Notes under the pieces: generated by a model
The model's database searches: none
Told to the model about the DNA's origin: nothing
Seen by the model: only the letters and a program-made list of their open reading frames with translations
DNA from: Flavobacteriales bacterium
GTDB taxonomy: Bacteria > Bacteroidota > Bacteroidia > Flavobacteriales > TMED113
DNA length: 44,742 nt
Assembly: GCA_002722215.1 (NCBI GenBank)
Contig: PBKX01000016.1
Location: forward strand, 16,927 to 61,668
Direction: 5' to 3'
Shown: in pieces, positions 30,438 through 42,096 of the stretch
How the letters are laid out: every line of letters begins with the position of its first letter
Numbering within the stretch: position 1 is the first letter of the stretch
Program-made: the position numbers and the translations under genes

Positions 30438-30510
30438 TTGTCCGACTAGGGCTCGAACCTAGACTCTTCTGGACCAAAACCAGACGTGTTGCCAGTTACA
30501 CCATCGGACA
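30438..30510 (-). tRNA. tRNA-Gln (anticodon TTG), CCA not encoded
   Basis: TGTCCGA acceptor pairs with TCGGACA; D arm TGGTGTAACTGGCAACAC; anticodon stem TCTGG/CCAGA with loop TT-TTG-GT; T arm CTAGGTTCGAGCCCTAG; TAATTTTG -7 element just upstream at 30517-30524. Confidence 0.97.
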
Positions 30511-30639
30511 AAAGCGCAAAATTAAATATTCCAACTATAAAATAAAAGAAATATCCATTTAAAAACAGGAAATTGTTATTCGAAAAAACATAATTAATTT
30601 TAATGCTTATTTTAGCAAAAAAAAAATCTAACTAAAACA

Positions 30640-33600
30640 GTGTATACAAAACTATTTGAAAAACTTGCTGGATGGATTGTGTTTTTGGTCGCCCTTACCA
30701 CATATACCCTAACTGTTGAACCAACAAATAGTTGGTGGGATTGTGGAGAATACATTGCAACTGCGTATAAATTGCAGGTTGGACACCCCCCAGGAGCACC
30801 ATTATTTCTTTTATTAGCTAATTTATTTTCCCAATTTGCATTTGGCGATGTCACAAAAGTTGCACTAATGATAAATTGGATGTCTGTCTTATGTAGCGCT
30901 CTCACAATTCTCTTGCTTTTTTTAACCACAAAAAGTATTATTGAAAAATTTATTCCTAAGGATAATTATCCCATTGCAACACTAGCTTCATTAGTGGGGG
31001 CGTTAGTATATACATTTTCAGATTCATTTTGGTTCTCTGCAGTAGAGGGAGAAGTATACGCGATGTCTTCACTATTTACTGCGCTAGTATTTTGGGCAAT
31101 TATTAAATGGGAAAAGGAGGTGGACACCAGCCCAAGAGCAAATCGTTGGTTAATTTTGATTGCATATTTAATTGGCCTTTCAATTGGCGTACATCTATTA
31201 AGTCTATTAGTAATCCCTGCAATGGTATTAATCTATTACTTTAAAAAATATCCTTTTTCAATAAAAGGATTTATTGGAGCAAATATAATTGCTGTTTTAT
31301 TACTAGGATTAATTTATGAATTTATTATCCCCCAGTTTGTAAATTTTTCCGGCAAATTTGAAATATTTTTTGTCAATGAACTTTCACTGCCCTTTAACTC
31401 TGGAACAATATTCTTTTTTATAAGCACGATCAGCATTATAGCTATAAGCCTATATTTATCTAATAAACATGGACATTATAATATAAATACGGGCATCCTT
31501 TCTTTTACATTTCTACTAATTGGATATATGTCATTTTTTACTCTAATTATCCATTCAAATGCTAATACTCCAATAGATGAAAATAGCCCAGAAGATGCAG
31601 TAAGTTTACTATCATACTTAAACCGAGAACAATATGGGTCAACCCCGCTATTCTATGGGCAGTATTTTAATGCAGAGGCGGAAGAATATGCTAATGGGAA
31701 ACCTGTCTTTGTAAAGGACAAAAAAAGAAAAAAATATATTATTTCTGATGACAGGAAAAATTCCATACCCATTTATGAAAAAGAAAAAAGTGGTCTTTTT
31801 CCAAGAATGTGGAGCAGAGATCAAAGACATATAGAGGCCTATAAGGAATGGGCCGGTTTAAAAAATCTAAATCGAAAACCTTCATTCATAAACAATTTGA
31901 AATTTTTCTTATCATATCAAATTAACCATATGTATTTCCGCTACTTCATGTGGAATTTCAGTGGAAAACAAAATGACAAACAAGGTCATGGAGAATTAAA
32001 TAATGGAAACTGGATTAGTGGAATTAATTTTATTGATGAAATTAGGCTAGGGCCACAGAAATCGGAACCTGATCATTTAAAAAATAATCCAGGGAAAAAC
32101 AAGTATTACTTTCTGCCATTCATTTTAGGCCTTTTAGGTTTATTATTTCATTACCAAAAATCCCCCAAAGACACCTGGGTAATCTTCTTGTTTTTTTTCT
32201 TTACTGGGCTAGCGATCGTAATTGAGCTAAACCAAACCCCATATCAACCAAGAGAACGAGATTACGCCTATGCTGGTTCTTTTTATGCTTTTTCTATTTG
32301 GATTGGTATCGGAGTTGTTGCAATTTATAATGCATTAAAAATATATATTCAAAATCGCAAATTAATTACTACTATTAGCTCACTTACACTATGTGTTCCA
32401 ATACTAATGGCGTCTCAGGGATGGGATGATCATGATCGATCTAACAGATATACTGCCAGGGAATTTGCAAAAAATTACTTAAAGTCTTGTGAGCCAAACT
32501 CTATACTTTTTACTATGGGTGATAATGATACTTTCCCTCTATGGTACGTGCAAGAAGTGGAGGGATACCGAACAGATGTGAGAATTGTTAATCTTAGCCT
32601 ATTAAATACCGATTGGTATATAGACCAAATGAAACGTGATGCTTACAATGGGAAAGGGGTCCCCTTTAGCTTGAGTCGAGAAAAATACAAACAAGGGACA
32701 AGAGATGTAGCAGTTTTTATTGACAAAGGGGTTAAAAAAAGTCTTAGCTTACATGATTTTAATAGATGGCTTCACAGTGACCGAAGTGAAACAAAAATTA
32801 ATCTCGGAAAAGACTATGACTACTTTTATACAAAAGACATTAAAATTCCGGTAAATAAAAATAATGTCTTAAAAAACAACATTGTCAAAACAAAAGATGA
32901 ACACCTCATCTTAGATTCATTAAGCTTGAATATTGGAGCTAATCAATTAGAGAAAAAAGATATTATGATCTTAGATTTAATTGAAACTAATAATTGGGAG
33001 AGGCCAATTTATTTTGCTATCACAATAGGAAGCAGTGGTCGATCATTTTTATATTTAGACAAATACTTTCAACTAGATGGAATGGCTTATAAATTAGTTC
33101 CACTAAAAAAGAAACAACAAAAAACTGAGGATATAGGAAGAATCGATACCGATATTTTATTTTCTATGTTAATGGAAAAATATGAGTGGGGTAATCTTAA
33201 TGATAAAATTTATCTAGATGAAACAAACCTTCGAATGACCATGAATTTTCGAAATAATTTTAGTCGTTTAGCAGAAGAATTAATCATCGAAAATAAACCC
33301 GAAAAAGCTAAAAAAGTACTTGACCGATGCATGGAACTCATGCCTAAAGAGAAAGTCCCTTTAAATTATTTTGTCCACCCTATAATTGAAAGTTATTATC
33401 AAATAAATTCAACTGAAATTGCAAACCAACTTGTTTCAGATTTATATAAAATATACAAGTCTGAACTGAATTATTTTTTCAGCTTCCCTTCGAACAAAAT
33501 AAGTGGAGTTCATTTGGAAATTTTAAAAAACTTGCAATTTTATAATAGCCTGATTGAAATAGCTGTTGAAAACCATCATCCGGAAAAAGTCCAAATTCAA

Positions 33601-33642
33601 ACAGATTTTCAAAAGTTCTACCAAAATTTTCTAATGCTATAA
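30640..33642 (+). CDS. DUF2723 / TMEM260-like multi-pass membrane protein (putative GT-C glycosyltransferase)
   Basis: WWDCGEYIA..KLQVGHPPGAPLF, SDSFWFSAVEGEVYA, YLNREQYG, QPRERDYAY.GSF, WDDHDRS, FTMGDNDTFPLWY.QEVEG.RTDVR; GTG start. Confidence 0.88.
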   Translation: MYTKLFEKLAGWIVFLVALTTYTLTVEPTNSWWDCGEYIATAYKLQVGHPPGAPLFLLLANLFSQFAFGDVTKVALMINWMSVLCSALTILLLFLTTKSIIEKFIPKDNYPIATLASLVGALVYTFSDSFWFSAVEGEVYAMSSLFTALVFWAIIKWEKEVDTSPRANRWLILIAYLIGLSIGVHLLSLLVIPAMVLIYYFKKYPFSIKGFIGANIIAVLLLGLIYEFIIPQFVNFSGKFEIFFVNELSLPFNSGTIFFFISTISIIAISLYLSNKHGHYNINTGILSFTFLLIGYMSFFTLIIHSNANTPIDENSPEDAVSLLSYLNREQYGSTPLFYGQYFNAEAEEYANGKPVFVKDKKRKKYIISDDRKNSIPIYEKEKSGLFPRMWSRDQRHIEAYKEWAGLKNLNRKPSFINNLKFFLSYQINHMYFRYFMWNFSGKQNDKQGHGELNNGNWISGINFIDEIRLGPQKSEPDHLKNNPGKNKYYFLPFILGLLGLLFHYQKSPKDTWVIFLFFFFTGLAIVIELNQTPYQPRERDYAYAGSFYAFSIWIGIGVVAIYNALKIYIQNRKLITTISSLTLCVPILMASQGWDDHDRSNRYTAREFAKNYLKSCEPNSILFTMGDNDTFPLWYVQEVEGYRTDVRIVNLSLLNTDWYIDQMKRDAYNGKGVPFSLSREKYKQGTRDVAVFIDKGVKKSLSLHDFNRWLHSDRSETKINLGKDYDYFYTKDIKIPVNKNNVLKNNIVKTKDEHLILDSLSLNIGANQLEKKDIMILDLIETNNWERPIYFAITIGSSGRSFLYLDKYFQLDGMAYKLVPLKKKQQKTEDIGRIDTDILFSMLMEKYEWGNLNDKIYLDETNLRMTMNFRNNFSRLAEELIIENKPEKAKKVLDRCMELMPKEKVPLNYFVHPIIESYYQINSTEIANQLVSDLYKIYKSELNYFFSFPSNKISGVHLEILKNLQFYNSLIEIAVENHHPEKVQIQTDFQKFYQNFLML

Positions 33643-34620
33643 CTAGGAATTTCTATTTAAAATAATATCTAAAAACTCTAAAAAAGTACTCTTGTTTTTT
33701 TCTGGCACTCCTATCTGTGATATTAAAGACAATATATCTTGATACAAGGCTCGAATTAGATCTTCAGTGTACTCTTTAACTTGAAATTGAGCATATATTT
33801 GATTAATGACTTCCAATTTATGCGGATCATTAGAATTATAGATGGCTTTTAGCCTTTTTCTGTCTTGTTCATTTGCACAGACAAGAGCCCGTACATATAA
33901 AGCTGTTTTTTTTTTCTCATAAACATCCCTACCTATAGATTTTCCAAAATCTAATTCATGTCCATATAAATCTAAATAATCATCCTGTATTTGAAATAAT
34001 CTCCCTAATAACAGACCGATCCTGCTCATCAAATCAACATTTTTATTTTTTAAATTAGAATTTAATAAAGTAGGAACAACTAACGCTAGCTGAATCAATG
34101 CCGAAGTTTTTAACTCGATCATTCCAAAATACTCATCTAAACTAATTTCTTCTTGATCTGAAAAATCTAAATCTAGTTGTTGGCCTTCACAAACTTTAAT
34201 AGCCGTATCAGTAAAAGATTGTAGAATTAATTTATTTGTTAGTTTCCACAGACACAAATACTCATATGATTTGACTAATAAAGCATCTCCGGACAATATA
34301 GATTGATTATTGGACCATTTTTTATTAACTGACTGAACCCCCCTTCGAATATTGGCATTATCCATAACATCATCATGCATCAAAGTAAATGTATGAAGAG
34401 ACTCTATTGACAAAATAAATTCTTTGAAATCATGAATATTCCCTCCAAACATGTCGTGTGACAACAAGGAAAAAACTGATCTTATTTGCTTTCCTCGATA
34501 AGTAAACATATAGTTAATCGGATCATATAATTTTTGTGGATGGCGAGTTATAGAAGCTTCACCTAAGATCTCATCAGAAAAATCAATAATACGAGATAAG
34601 TTTTTTGAATAATTACTCAT
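33643..34620 (-). CDS. Trans-isoprenyl diphosphate synthase, probably short-chain (FPP/GGPP)
   Basis: GKQIR, HTFTLMHDDVMD..RRG (Phe at -5 to the first Asp-rich motif), GDALL, EGQQLD, KTS, FQIQDDYLD. Confidence 0.9.
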   Translation of the reverse strand: MSNYSKNLSRIIDFSDEILGEASITRHPQKLYDPINYMFTYRGKQIRSVFSLLSHDMFGGNIHDFKEFILSIESLHTFTLMHDDVMDNANIRRGVQSVNKKWSNNQSILSGDALLVKSYEYLCLWKLTNKLILQSFTDTAIKVCEGQQLDLDFSDQEEISLDEYFGMIELKTSALIQLALVVPTLLNSNLKNKNVDLMSRIGLLLGRLFQIQDDYLDLYGHELDFGKSIGRDVYEKKKTALYVRALVCANEQDRKRLKAIYNSNDPHKLEVINQIYAQFQVKEYTEDLIRALYQDILSLISQIGVPEKNKSTFLEFLDIILNRNS

Positions 34621-35473
34621 CTAATAGTGAACTAAGATATTTCCCATATGAATTATTAAATTGGCTGGCCAATTTCTCTAACTGAACTTTATCAATATAC
34701 TTACGCAAATATGCCTGCTCCTCAACACAACCAACTTTTAAACCCTGTCTTTTTTCTAACACCTGAACAAAATGGCCAGCCTCCATAAGAGAGCTAACAG
34801 TGCCTGTATCTAACCATGCTGTCCCTCTATCCATTTTAATCACGTTTAATAAATTCAAAGCATAATACTTGGAAATAATATCTGTAATCTCTAATTCGCC
34901 TCGCGTACTGGGAGTTAATTCTTTAGCATATTGAATAACATGATTGTCAAAAAAATAAAAACCAGGAATAGCATAATTTGATTTAGGCAATTTTGGTTTT
35001 TCTTCTATCGAAAGTATTTCATTTGTCGATGTAAATTCCACAACCCCATACCTTGAAGGGTCAGATACATGATAAGCAAATATTGATGCTCCAGTTACTT
35101 GAATATTATTGTCAACAACACGTTTTAAGGATGGAAAATAAAAAATATTATCCCCTAATATTAAAACGACATTATCTGAACCTATAAAATCTTCTGCTAT
35201 AATAAATGCCTCCGCAATACCATTAGGCTGATCCTGTACAGCATAAGTAATATTACATCCCCACTGTGAACCATCAGATAATAAAGATTGAAATAATTTT
35301 AAATCTTTAGGCGATGTGATTAATAAAATTTCATTAATACCTGATGCTATTAAGGTGGACAAAGGGTAATAGATCATGGGCTTGTCATAAACAGGTATAA
35401 TTTGTTTGCTAATTGGGATAGTAATTGGATAAAGTCTTGTCCCAGCACCACCAGCTAAAAGAATACCTTTCAT
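34613..35473 (-). CDS. rfbA: Glucose-1-phosphate thymidylyltransferase
   Basis: MKGILLAGGAGTRLYP.T..SKQ..PVYDKPMIYYPLS, LILGDNIF, RYGVVEF, EEKP, RGELEITD, RG.AWLDTGT. Confidence 0.96.
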   Translation of the reverse strand: MKGILLAGGAGTRLYPITIPISKQIIPVYDKPMIYYPLSTLIASGINEILLITSPKDLKLFQSLLSDGSQWGCNITYAVQDQPNGIAEAFIIAEDFIGSDNVVLILGDNIFYFPSLKRVVDNNIQVTGASIFAYHVSDPSRYGVVEFTSTNEILSIEEKPKLPKSNYAIPGFYFFDNHVIQYAKELTPSTRGELEITDIISKYYALNLLNVIKMDRGTAWLDTGTVSSLMEAGHFVQVLEKRQGLKVGCVEEQAYLRKYIDKVQLEKLASQFNNSYGKYLSSLLDE

Positions 35474-35482
35474 AATATGAAT

Positions 35483-36046
35483 TTAAACAGTTAGGATATC
35501 TTTTTCTTTAAGATCAAGAATCGCATCAGCTTTACTAATAAACTTGTCGGTTAAAGTTTGGATGTTCACTTCCGCTATTTTGCAAGCATCATCGGATAAA
35601 CCATCTTTATTTAATTTCTTTATATCTTCATTTCCCTCTCTTCGGGCATTTCTTATACTTACCTTACAACTTTCCATTTCTGCTTTTGCCTGTCTCACTA
35701 ACTCCTTTCTCCTTTCTTCTGTAAGAATTGGTATATTAATAATAATTTTATCGCCTGTATCTTGTGCCACAAAACCTAAATTAGAGCTATTAATAGCATT
35801 AACTATATCTGGAACTGAATTCTTTTCCCAAGGCTGAATAATAATAGTTCTTGCATCTGGAGTACTAAGACTAGCCATATTATGAATTGGGGTAGGAGTC
35901 CCATAATAATCTAAAACAACACCATCTAAAACCGATGTACTAGCTCTGCCTGCCCTAATTTTAGATAACTCTAGTTGTAGATGAGTAATTGCTTCACTCA
36001 TCTTTTCAGTTATCAAATCTATACAGAAATTAACTTGATCCTCCAT
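35483..36046 (-). CDS. frr: Ribosome recycling factor
   Basis: IRAGRA, DYYGTPTP, IQPWEK, P.LTEERRKELV, VSIRNARR. Confidence 0.97.
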   Translation of the reverse strand: MEDQVNFCIDLITEKMSEAITHLQLELSKIRAGRASTSVLDGVVLDYYGTPTPIHNMASLSTPDARTIIIQPWEKNSVPDIVNAINSSNLGFVAQDTGDKIIINIPILTEERRKELVRQAKAEMESCKVSIRNARREGNEDIKKLNKDGLSDDACKIAEVNIQTLTDKFISKADAILDLKEKDILTV

Positions 36047-36065
36047 AATTCACCTTTATTGTAAT

Positions 36066-36776
36066 TTAAATATGAACGACTGTCCCAATATTGTCGCCAT
36101 TAACTAATTTAAGTAAATTCCCTGATTTATTAACATTAAAGATCTGAATTGGTAATTTATTTTCTTTACATAGAGTAAATGCCGTCATATCCATAACAGA
36201 TAATTGTTGACTATAAACTTGGTCAAAAGAAATTTTATCAAATTTTTTGGCATTTTTATTTTTTTCAGGATCAGCAGAAAATACACCGTCCACTCTAGTT
36301 CCCTTAACAATTAAATCCGCATTAATTTCAATTGCTCGTAATACCGCAGCAGTATCTGTAGTAAAGTAGGGGCGACCAGTACCAGCAACAAAAATAACAA
36401 CTCTACCCTTCTCCATGTGTCTAATAGCTCTTCTTCGAATAAATGGTTCTGCTATTTCATCAATTTTTAATGCTGACATGAGCCGTGTTTTTATGTGCAT
36501 TTTTTCTAAAGCTGATTGCAATGCTAAGCCATTAATAACTGTGGCCAACATACCCATGTGATCTCCCTGAACTTTTTCAATCACATTTGGTGTATTTTTT
36601 GTACCCCTAAAGATATTCCCCCCACCTATAACCAAAGCTATTTGAACCCCCTGTTTCACTATCGATTGGATTTCATTACAGTAATGCAAAATCTTATCAT
36701 TACATATTCCAAGTTCATTCTCCCCTGCTAACGATTCTCCACTTAGTTTTAATAAAATTCTTTTGTAATTGTTCAT
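36066..36776 (-). CDS. pyrH: UMP kinase
   Basis: Start ATG 36776 ([14 protein letters not shown]); [39 protein letters not shown]. Confidence 0.97.
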   Translation of the reverse strand: MNNYKRILLKLSGESLAGENELGICNDKILHYCNEIQSIVKQGVQIALVIGGGNIFRGTKNTPNVIEKVQGDHMGMLATVINGLALQSALEKMHIKTRLMSALKIDEIAEPFIRRRAIRHMEKGRVVIFVAGTGRPYFTTDTAAVLRAIEINADLIVKGTRVDGVFSADPEKNKNAKKFDKISFDQVYSQQLSVMDMTAFTLCKENKLPIQIFNVNKSGNLLKLVNGDNIGTVVHI

Positions 36777-36786
36777 ATAAAAAAAC

Positions 36787-36815
36787 AAAAAAAGACGTGA
36801 ATAGTCTTTTTTTTT
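36787..36815. terminator. Weak A/U-flanked hairpin between tsf and pyrH
   Basis: AAAAAAAGAC-gtgaata-GTCTTTTTTTTT just after the tsf stop. Confidence 0.45.
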
Positions 36816-36819
36816 GATT

Positions 36820-37653
36820 TTATCCTAATTGGACTCTCTTGAAATCAGTGACACTTAAATCAGTATTTACGGTTTTTAAATAAGCGGAAACTATTAATTT
36901 AGAATCTTTAATATAGACCTGATGTAGTAATGTATTCTCTTTAAAAAACTTTTTCAATCTACCTTGTGCTATCCTGTCTAACATCTCTTCTGGCTTACCC
37001 TCTTTCCTCGCGAGGTCTTTACCTATTTCCATTTCTTTATCAATAATGGATTGGGAAACACCAGACTCATCTATACCCAAAGGGTTCATGGCTGCTATTT
37101 GCATTGCAATATTCTTACTAAGATCTTCAATCCCATCAAATGAATTGTTAAATCCAACTAGAGATGCCAACTTATTCCCAGGGTGTATGTAAGATCCAAC
37201 ATAACCTCCTTTAATAATAGAGTAATTACTTAATTCTATCTTTTCACCTATAACACCTGTCTGCTCAACTAATTTATCATTGACAGACATATTATTATCA
37301 AATGACAAACCCTTCACAGAGTCAAGATCCTCGCATTCAGAGTTCAATGCTAAAGTTAAGATAGTATGAGCTAACTCTACAAAGCTGTCATTTTTAGCTA
37401 CAAAGTCTGTTTCACAATTTAAAGATATTATGACACCTGCATTATGACTAGAATTAGTCAAAGCAAGCACTACCCCTTCTGTTGCTTCCCTATCAGCTCG
37501 TTTTGCAGCGATCTTCTGACCTTTTTTTCTTAAAACATCAATAGCTTGTTCAATATTTCCATTTGTTTCAACAAGAGCTTTTTTGCAATCCATCATACCA
37601 GCACCTGTTTGTTTTCTTAGTTGATTTACCTGTGAAGCTGTTATTTGTGTCAT
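36820..37653 (-). CDS. tsf: Elongation factor Ts
   Basis: [43 protein letters not shown]. Confidence 0.98.
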   Translation of the reverse strand: MTQITASQVNQLRKQTGAGMMDCKKALVETNGNIEQAIDVLRKKGQKIAAKRADREATEGVVLALTNSSHNAGVIISLNCETDFVAKNDSFVELAHTILTLALNSECEDLDSVKGLSFDNNMSVNDKLVEQTGVIGEKIELSNYSIIKGGYVGSYIHPGNKLASLVGFNNSFDGIEDLSKNIAMQIAAMNPLGIDESGVSQSIIDKEMEIGKDLARKEGKPEEMLDRIAQGRLKKFFKENTLLHQVYIKDSKLIVSAYLKTVNTDLSVTDFKRVQLG

Positions 37654-37673
37654 TGTTTTTAAATTAAATGTAA

Positions 37674-38423
37674 TTAGTTGTCCGGTGTATTTTTTTTAGA
37701 CCGTTTTTTAGCATCTACATCTTTAGACTTTTTCTCAACCTCTCTTTCACTTAACGCTGATTTAATTGTGTTCGCAACACAGGATAAAATTATATCAATG
37801 CTTTTGGATGCATCGTCATTAGAAGGGATGGGGAAATCAACTAAATTAGGATCTGAGTTAGTATCAACCATCGCAAAAATAGGGATACCAAGCTTTTTTG
37901 CCTCCGAAACAGCTATTTTTTCTTTGACTATATCTACTATGAAAATTGCGCCTGGCAACCTATTCATTTCTGATATGCTTCCCAAATCCTTCTCCAATTT
38001 AGCTCGCTTTCTATCTAATTGTAATCTTTCTCTCTTAGATAATGTAGATATTGTACCATCTTCTTTCATTTTATCAATAGCTGTCATTTTTTTTACAGCT
38101 TTTCTAATGGTTACAAAATTAGTCAACATACCACCCGGCCACCTCTCAGTAATGTATGGCATTTTTAATGGCTTGATATGCTTTACAAGAATATCTTTAG
38201 CTTGCTTTTTCGTAGCAACAAATAAAATTCTTCTCCCAGTTTTTGCGATCTTACTCAACGCTTTTAAGCTTATATCAAGTTTATCAACTGTCTGATTTAA
38301 ATCTAATATATGTGTTCCATTTTTTTCCATAAAAATATATGGAGTCATATTAGGATGTCTTTTACGAGTTAAATGTCCAAAATGGACACCCGCATTTAAT
38401 AATGTTTTTACATCTACTGTCAT
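37674..38423 (-). CDS. rpsB: 30S ribosomal protein S2
   Basis: Likely start ATG 38423 (MTVDVKTLLNAGVHFGH); LFVATKKQA, RWPGGMLTN, DTNSDP, PSNDDA. Confidence 0.98.
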   Translation of the reverse strand: MTVDVKTLLNAGVHFGHLTRKRHPNMTPYIFMEKNGTHILDLNQTVDKLDISLKALSKIAKTGRRILFVATKKQAKDILVKHIKPLKMPYITERWPGGMLTNFVTIRKAVKKMTAIDKMKEDGTISTLSKRERLQLDRKRAKLEKDLGSISEMNRLPGAIFIVDIVKEKIAVSEAKKLGIPIFAMVDTNSDPNLVDFPIPSNDDASKSIDIILSCVANTIKSALSEREVEKKSKDVDAKKRSKKNTPDN

Positions 38424-38430
38424 ATAGGTT

Positions 38431-38817
38431 CTATCGTTTTGAGAATTGTGTTTTTTTCCTTGCTTTTCTTTGTCCTGGTTTTTTTCTTTCAACCATTCTA
38501 GGATCTCGAGTAATTAATCCCTCTTTCCTCAATATGCTTTTGTGAGTTTCATCTAATTTAACTACTGCTCTAGCGATAGCTAGGCGTATTGCCTCAGCCT
38601 GACCATTTAATCCTCCTCCGAAAACATTAACATCAATATCAAAATCATTTGACATCGAAACTAATTTCTGCGCCTGCTCAAGCTTGTATTGTAACAAATT
38701 TGTGGGGAAATATTCTTTATAATTTTTTTTATTAACTTTTATATTTCCTTTGCCAGACTTTAGATATACCCTAGCAACTGATGTTTTTCTTCTTCCTATT
38801 GCGTGTGTCATTTCCAT
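38431..38817 (-). CDS. rpsI: 30S ribosomal protein S9
   Basis: GRRKTSVARV, GGGLNGQAEAIR, TRDPRMVERKKPG..KARK..QFSKR. Confidence 0.99.
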   Translation of the reverse strand: MEMTHAIGRRKTSVARVYLKSGKGNIKVNKKNYKEYFPTNLLQYKLEQAQKLVSMSNDFDIDVNVFGGGLNGQAEAIRLAIARAVVKLDETHKSILRKEGLITRDPRMVERKKPGQRKARKKTQFSKR

Positions 38818-38820
38818 GAT

Positions 38821-39282
38821 TTATTTAATATCATCTAAATTAATTAATTTGGGTTTTTGAGCGACTTGATTATGATTTTCACCAGAATACGCATACAGAT
38901 TTTTGCTTATTAGTCTGCCTAATTTATTTTTAGGCAACATGCCCTTTACGGCCTTTTCAACTAATCTGACAGGATACTTTTGAATTAAATCCTTTGCTAA
39001 GGCTACTTTTCTTCCACCTGGATAACCAGTATGTCGAACATATTCTTTCTGATCTAATTTATTGCCCGTCAATTTAATCTTTTCAGCATTAATAACTACA
39101 ACATTATCACCACAGTCCATATGAGGTGTATAATTTGCTTTATGCTTACCTCTAATTATTTTTGCAATCTTTGACGCCATTCTTCCTAGTACAACGCCAT
39201 CAGCATCAATTAGAAACCATTCTTTGCTAATATCTGACAATTTTGCCGAACTTGTAATATATTTATTTTTATACTTTATCAT
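38821..39282 (-). CDS. rplM: 50S ribosomal protein L13
   Basis: WFLIDA...LGRMAS, RGKHK..YTPHMDCGDNVVVINAEK, HTGYPGG, AVKGMLPKN.LG. Confidence 0.99.
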   Translation of the reverse strand: MIKYKNKYITSSAKLSDISKEWFLIDADGVVLGRMASKIAKIIRGKHKANYTPHMDCGDNVVVINAEKIKLTGNKLDQKEYVRHTGYPGGRKVALAKDLIQKYPVRLVEKAVKGMLPKNKLGRLISKNLYAYSGENHNQVAQKPKLINLDDIK

Positions 39283-39314
39283 TCTTATTATTAAATATAA
39301 ATTTTATATAATAT

Positions 39315-39357
39315 CCACTCAACACTTACGTTTATCAGGTTTAATAAGTGAAAATGG
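39315..39357 (-). ncRNA. Candidate structured 5' leader (r-leader) of rplM-rpsI-rpsB
   Basis: CCAUUU-U-CACUUA-[16 nt]-UAAGUG-UU-GAGUGG two-part hairpin starting just after the promoter. Confidence 0.45.
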
Positions 39358-39361
39358 TTTG

Positions 39362-39369
39362 CAAATGTA
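39362..39369 (-). promoter_or_regulatory. -7 element TACATTTG for the rplM operon
   Basis: TAnnTTTG(C) consensus, 79 bp upstream of rplM. Confidence 0.65.
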
Positions 39370-39421
39370 ACATTTTTTCAATTAGAATCAATAAAGTATC
39401 TGTTTTTTTTAAGAGGTAATC

Positions 39422-40609
39422 CTAAATAATTTTCAAATCTTTGCCGACCTCTTCAAAAGCATTTAATGCGAAGTCTAGCTGATCAAGACTATGTGATGCT
39501 GATAATTGCACTCTAATGCGAGCAAGTTTTTTAGGAACCACAGGGTAAAAAAACCCAACTACATACACACCCTTGCTTAATAGACTCCTTGCCATTTCTT
39601 GAGCCAGTTTTGCATCATATAGCATTACTGGAACAATAGGATGTCCAGCACCCTGAGTATCAAAACCTAATTCTATTATTCTTCTTCTAAAGTATTGTGT
39701 GTTTTTATCTAGTTGATCACGTAAATGAGTACTTTTAGATAGCAAACTTATAACCTTCGTGGCTGCCCCAACAATAGATGGCGACAGTGAATTGGAGAAT
39801 AAATAAGGTCGAGATCTTTGTCGTAACATATCAATGATTTCTTTCTTCCCAGAAGTAAAGCCTCCCATAGCACCACCTAACGCCTTACCTAAAGTAGAGG
39901 TAATAATATCAACCCTATCCATAACAGCATGATATTCATGTGTGCCTCTACCCTGTTTGCCTACAAAACCTGTCGCATGTGAATCGTCGACCATAACAAG
40001 GGCATTATATTCATCAGCTAAATCACAAATTTTATCTAATTGAGCAATATGTCCATCCATAGAAAACACCCCATCGGTAACAATAATTCTATTTCTTTCC
40101 CCTTTAGACAACTCCAATTGTTTACGTAAACTGGCCATATCATTATTTAAATAACGATATCGTTGGGCTTCACATAATCTTACCCCATCAATAATAGAGG
40201 CATGATTAAGTGAATCAGATATAATAGCATCTTCTTCAGTAAAGAGAGGTTCAAAAACACCGCCATTAGCGTCAAACGCCGCTGCATATAATATTGTGTC
40301 TTCTGTACCTAAGAATTTAGACAATGCCGCTTCTAGATTTTTATGAATATCTTGTGTGCCACAAATAAACCTTACTGAAGATAGGCCATAACCATGAGTA
40401 TCTAGAGTTTTCTTGGCTGCCGCTATAACTTCAGGATGAGACGACAAACCTAAATAATTATTTGAACAAAAATTAAGAACTTCCTCTCCTGTACTAACCC
40501 TTATTAAAACCCCCTGGGGATTCATAATGACTCGCTCTTCTTTGTATAATCCAGCCTCTTTAATTTTAGACAATTCAGCCCTTAATCGATGCTTAAAATT
40601 TATTGACAT
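39422..40609 (-). CDS. kbl: 2-amino-3-ketobutyrate CoA ligase (glycine C-acetyltransferase)
   Basis: [76 protein letters not shown]. Confidence 0.96.
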   Translation of the reverse strand: MSINFKHRLRAELSKIKEAGLYKEERVIMNPQGVLIRVSTGEEVLNFCSNNYLGLSSHPEVIAAAKKTLDTHGYGLSSVRFICGTQDIHKNLEAALSKFLGTEDTILYAAAFDANGGVFEPLFTEEDAIISDSLNHASIIDGVRLCEAQRYRYLNNDMASLRKQLELSKGERNRIIVTDGVFSMDGHIAQLDKICDLADEYNALVMVDDSHATGFVGKQGRGTHEYHAVMDRVDIITSTLGKALGGAMGGFTSGKKEIIDMLRQRSRPYLFSNSLSPSIVGAATKVISLLSKSTHLRDQLDKNTQYFRRRIIELGFDTQGAGHPIVPVMLYDAKLAQEMARSLLSKGVYVVGFFYPVVPKKLARIRVQLSASHSLDQLDFALNAFEEVGKDLKII

Positions 40610-40630
40610 AATTTAGATATAAATAATAAT

Positions 40631-41980
<1,350 letters not shown>

Positions 41981-42062
41981 TTACATATCATTATATAATC
42001 CAACAAATCTAATTATAATTTTTGAAAAGATTTATTGAAATTTATAAAGTTTAAAATATGAT

Positions 42063-42070
42063 TATATTTG
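42063..42070 (+). promoter_or_regulatory. -7 element TATATTTG for the TonB-dependent receptor gene
   Basis: TAnnTTTG(C) 26 bp upstream of the ATG at 42097. Confidence 0.6.
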
Positions 42071-42096
42071 CCTAATTAAAACCATGCATTTTCAAG

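Noticed and set aside
30438-30510. tRNA-Gln as an integration site
   Set aside because: No duplicated tRNA 3' end or integrase seen; the flanks are housekeeping genes.
36050-36057. Shine-Dalgarno-like AAAGGTGA upstream of frr in a phylum that rarely uses SD
   Set aside because: Only 5-6 bp of possible pairing and very close to the start codon; compatible with chance.
37678-38295. 205-aa plus-strand ORF
   Set aside because: Antisense shadow of rpsB with no recognisable motifs. The same applies to the other short antisense ORFs over sprA, maeB, ruvB, nusA, frr and gdhA.
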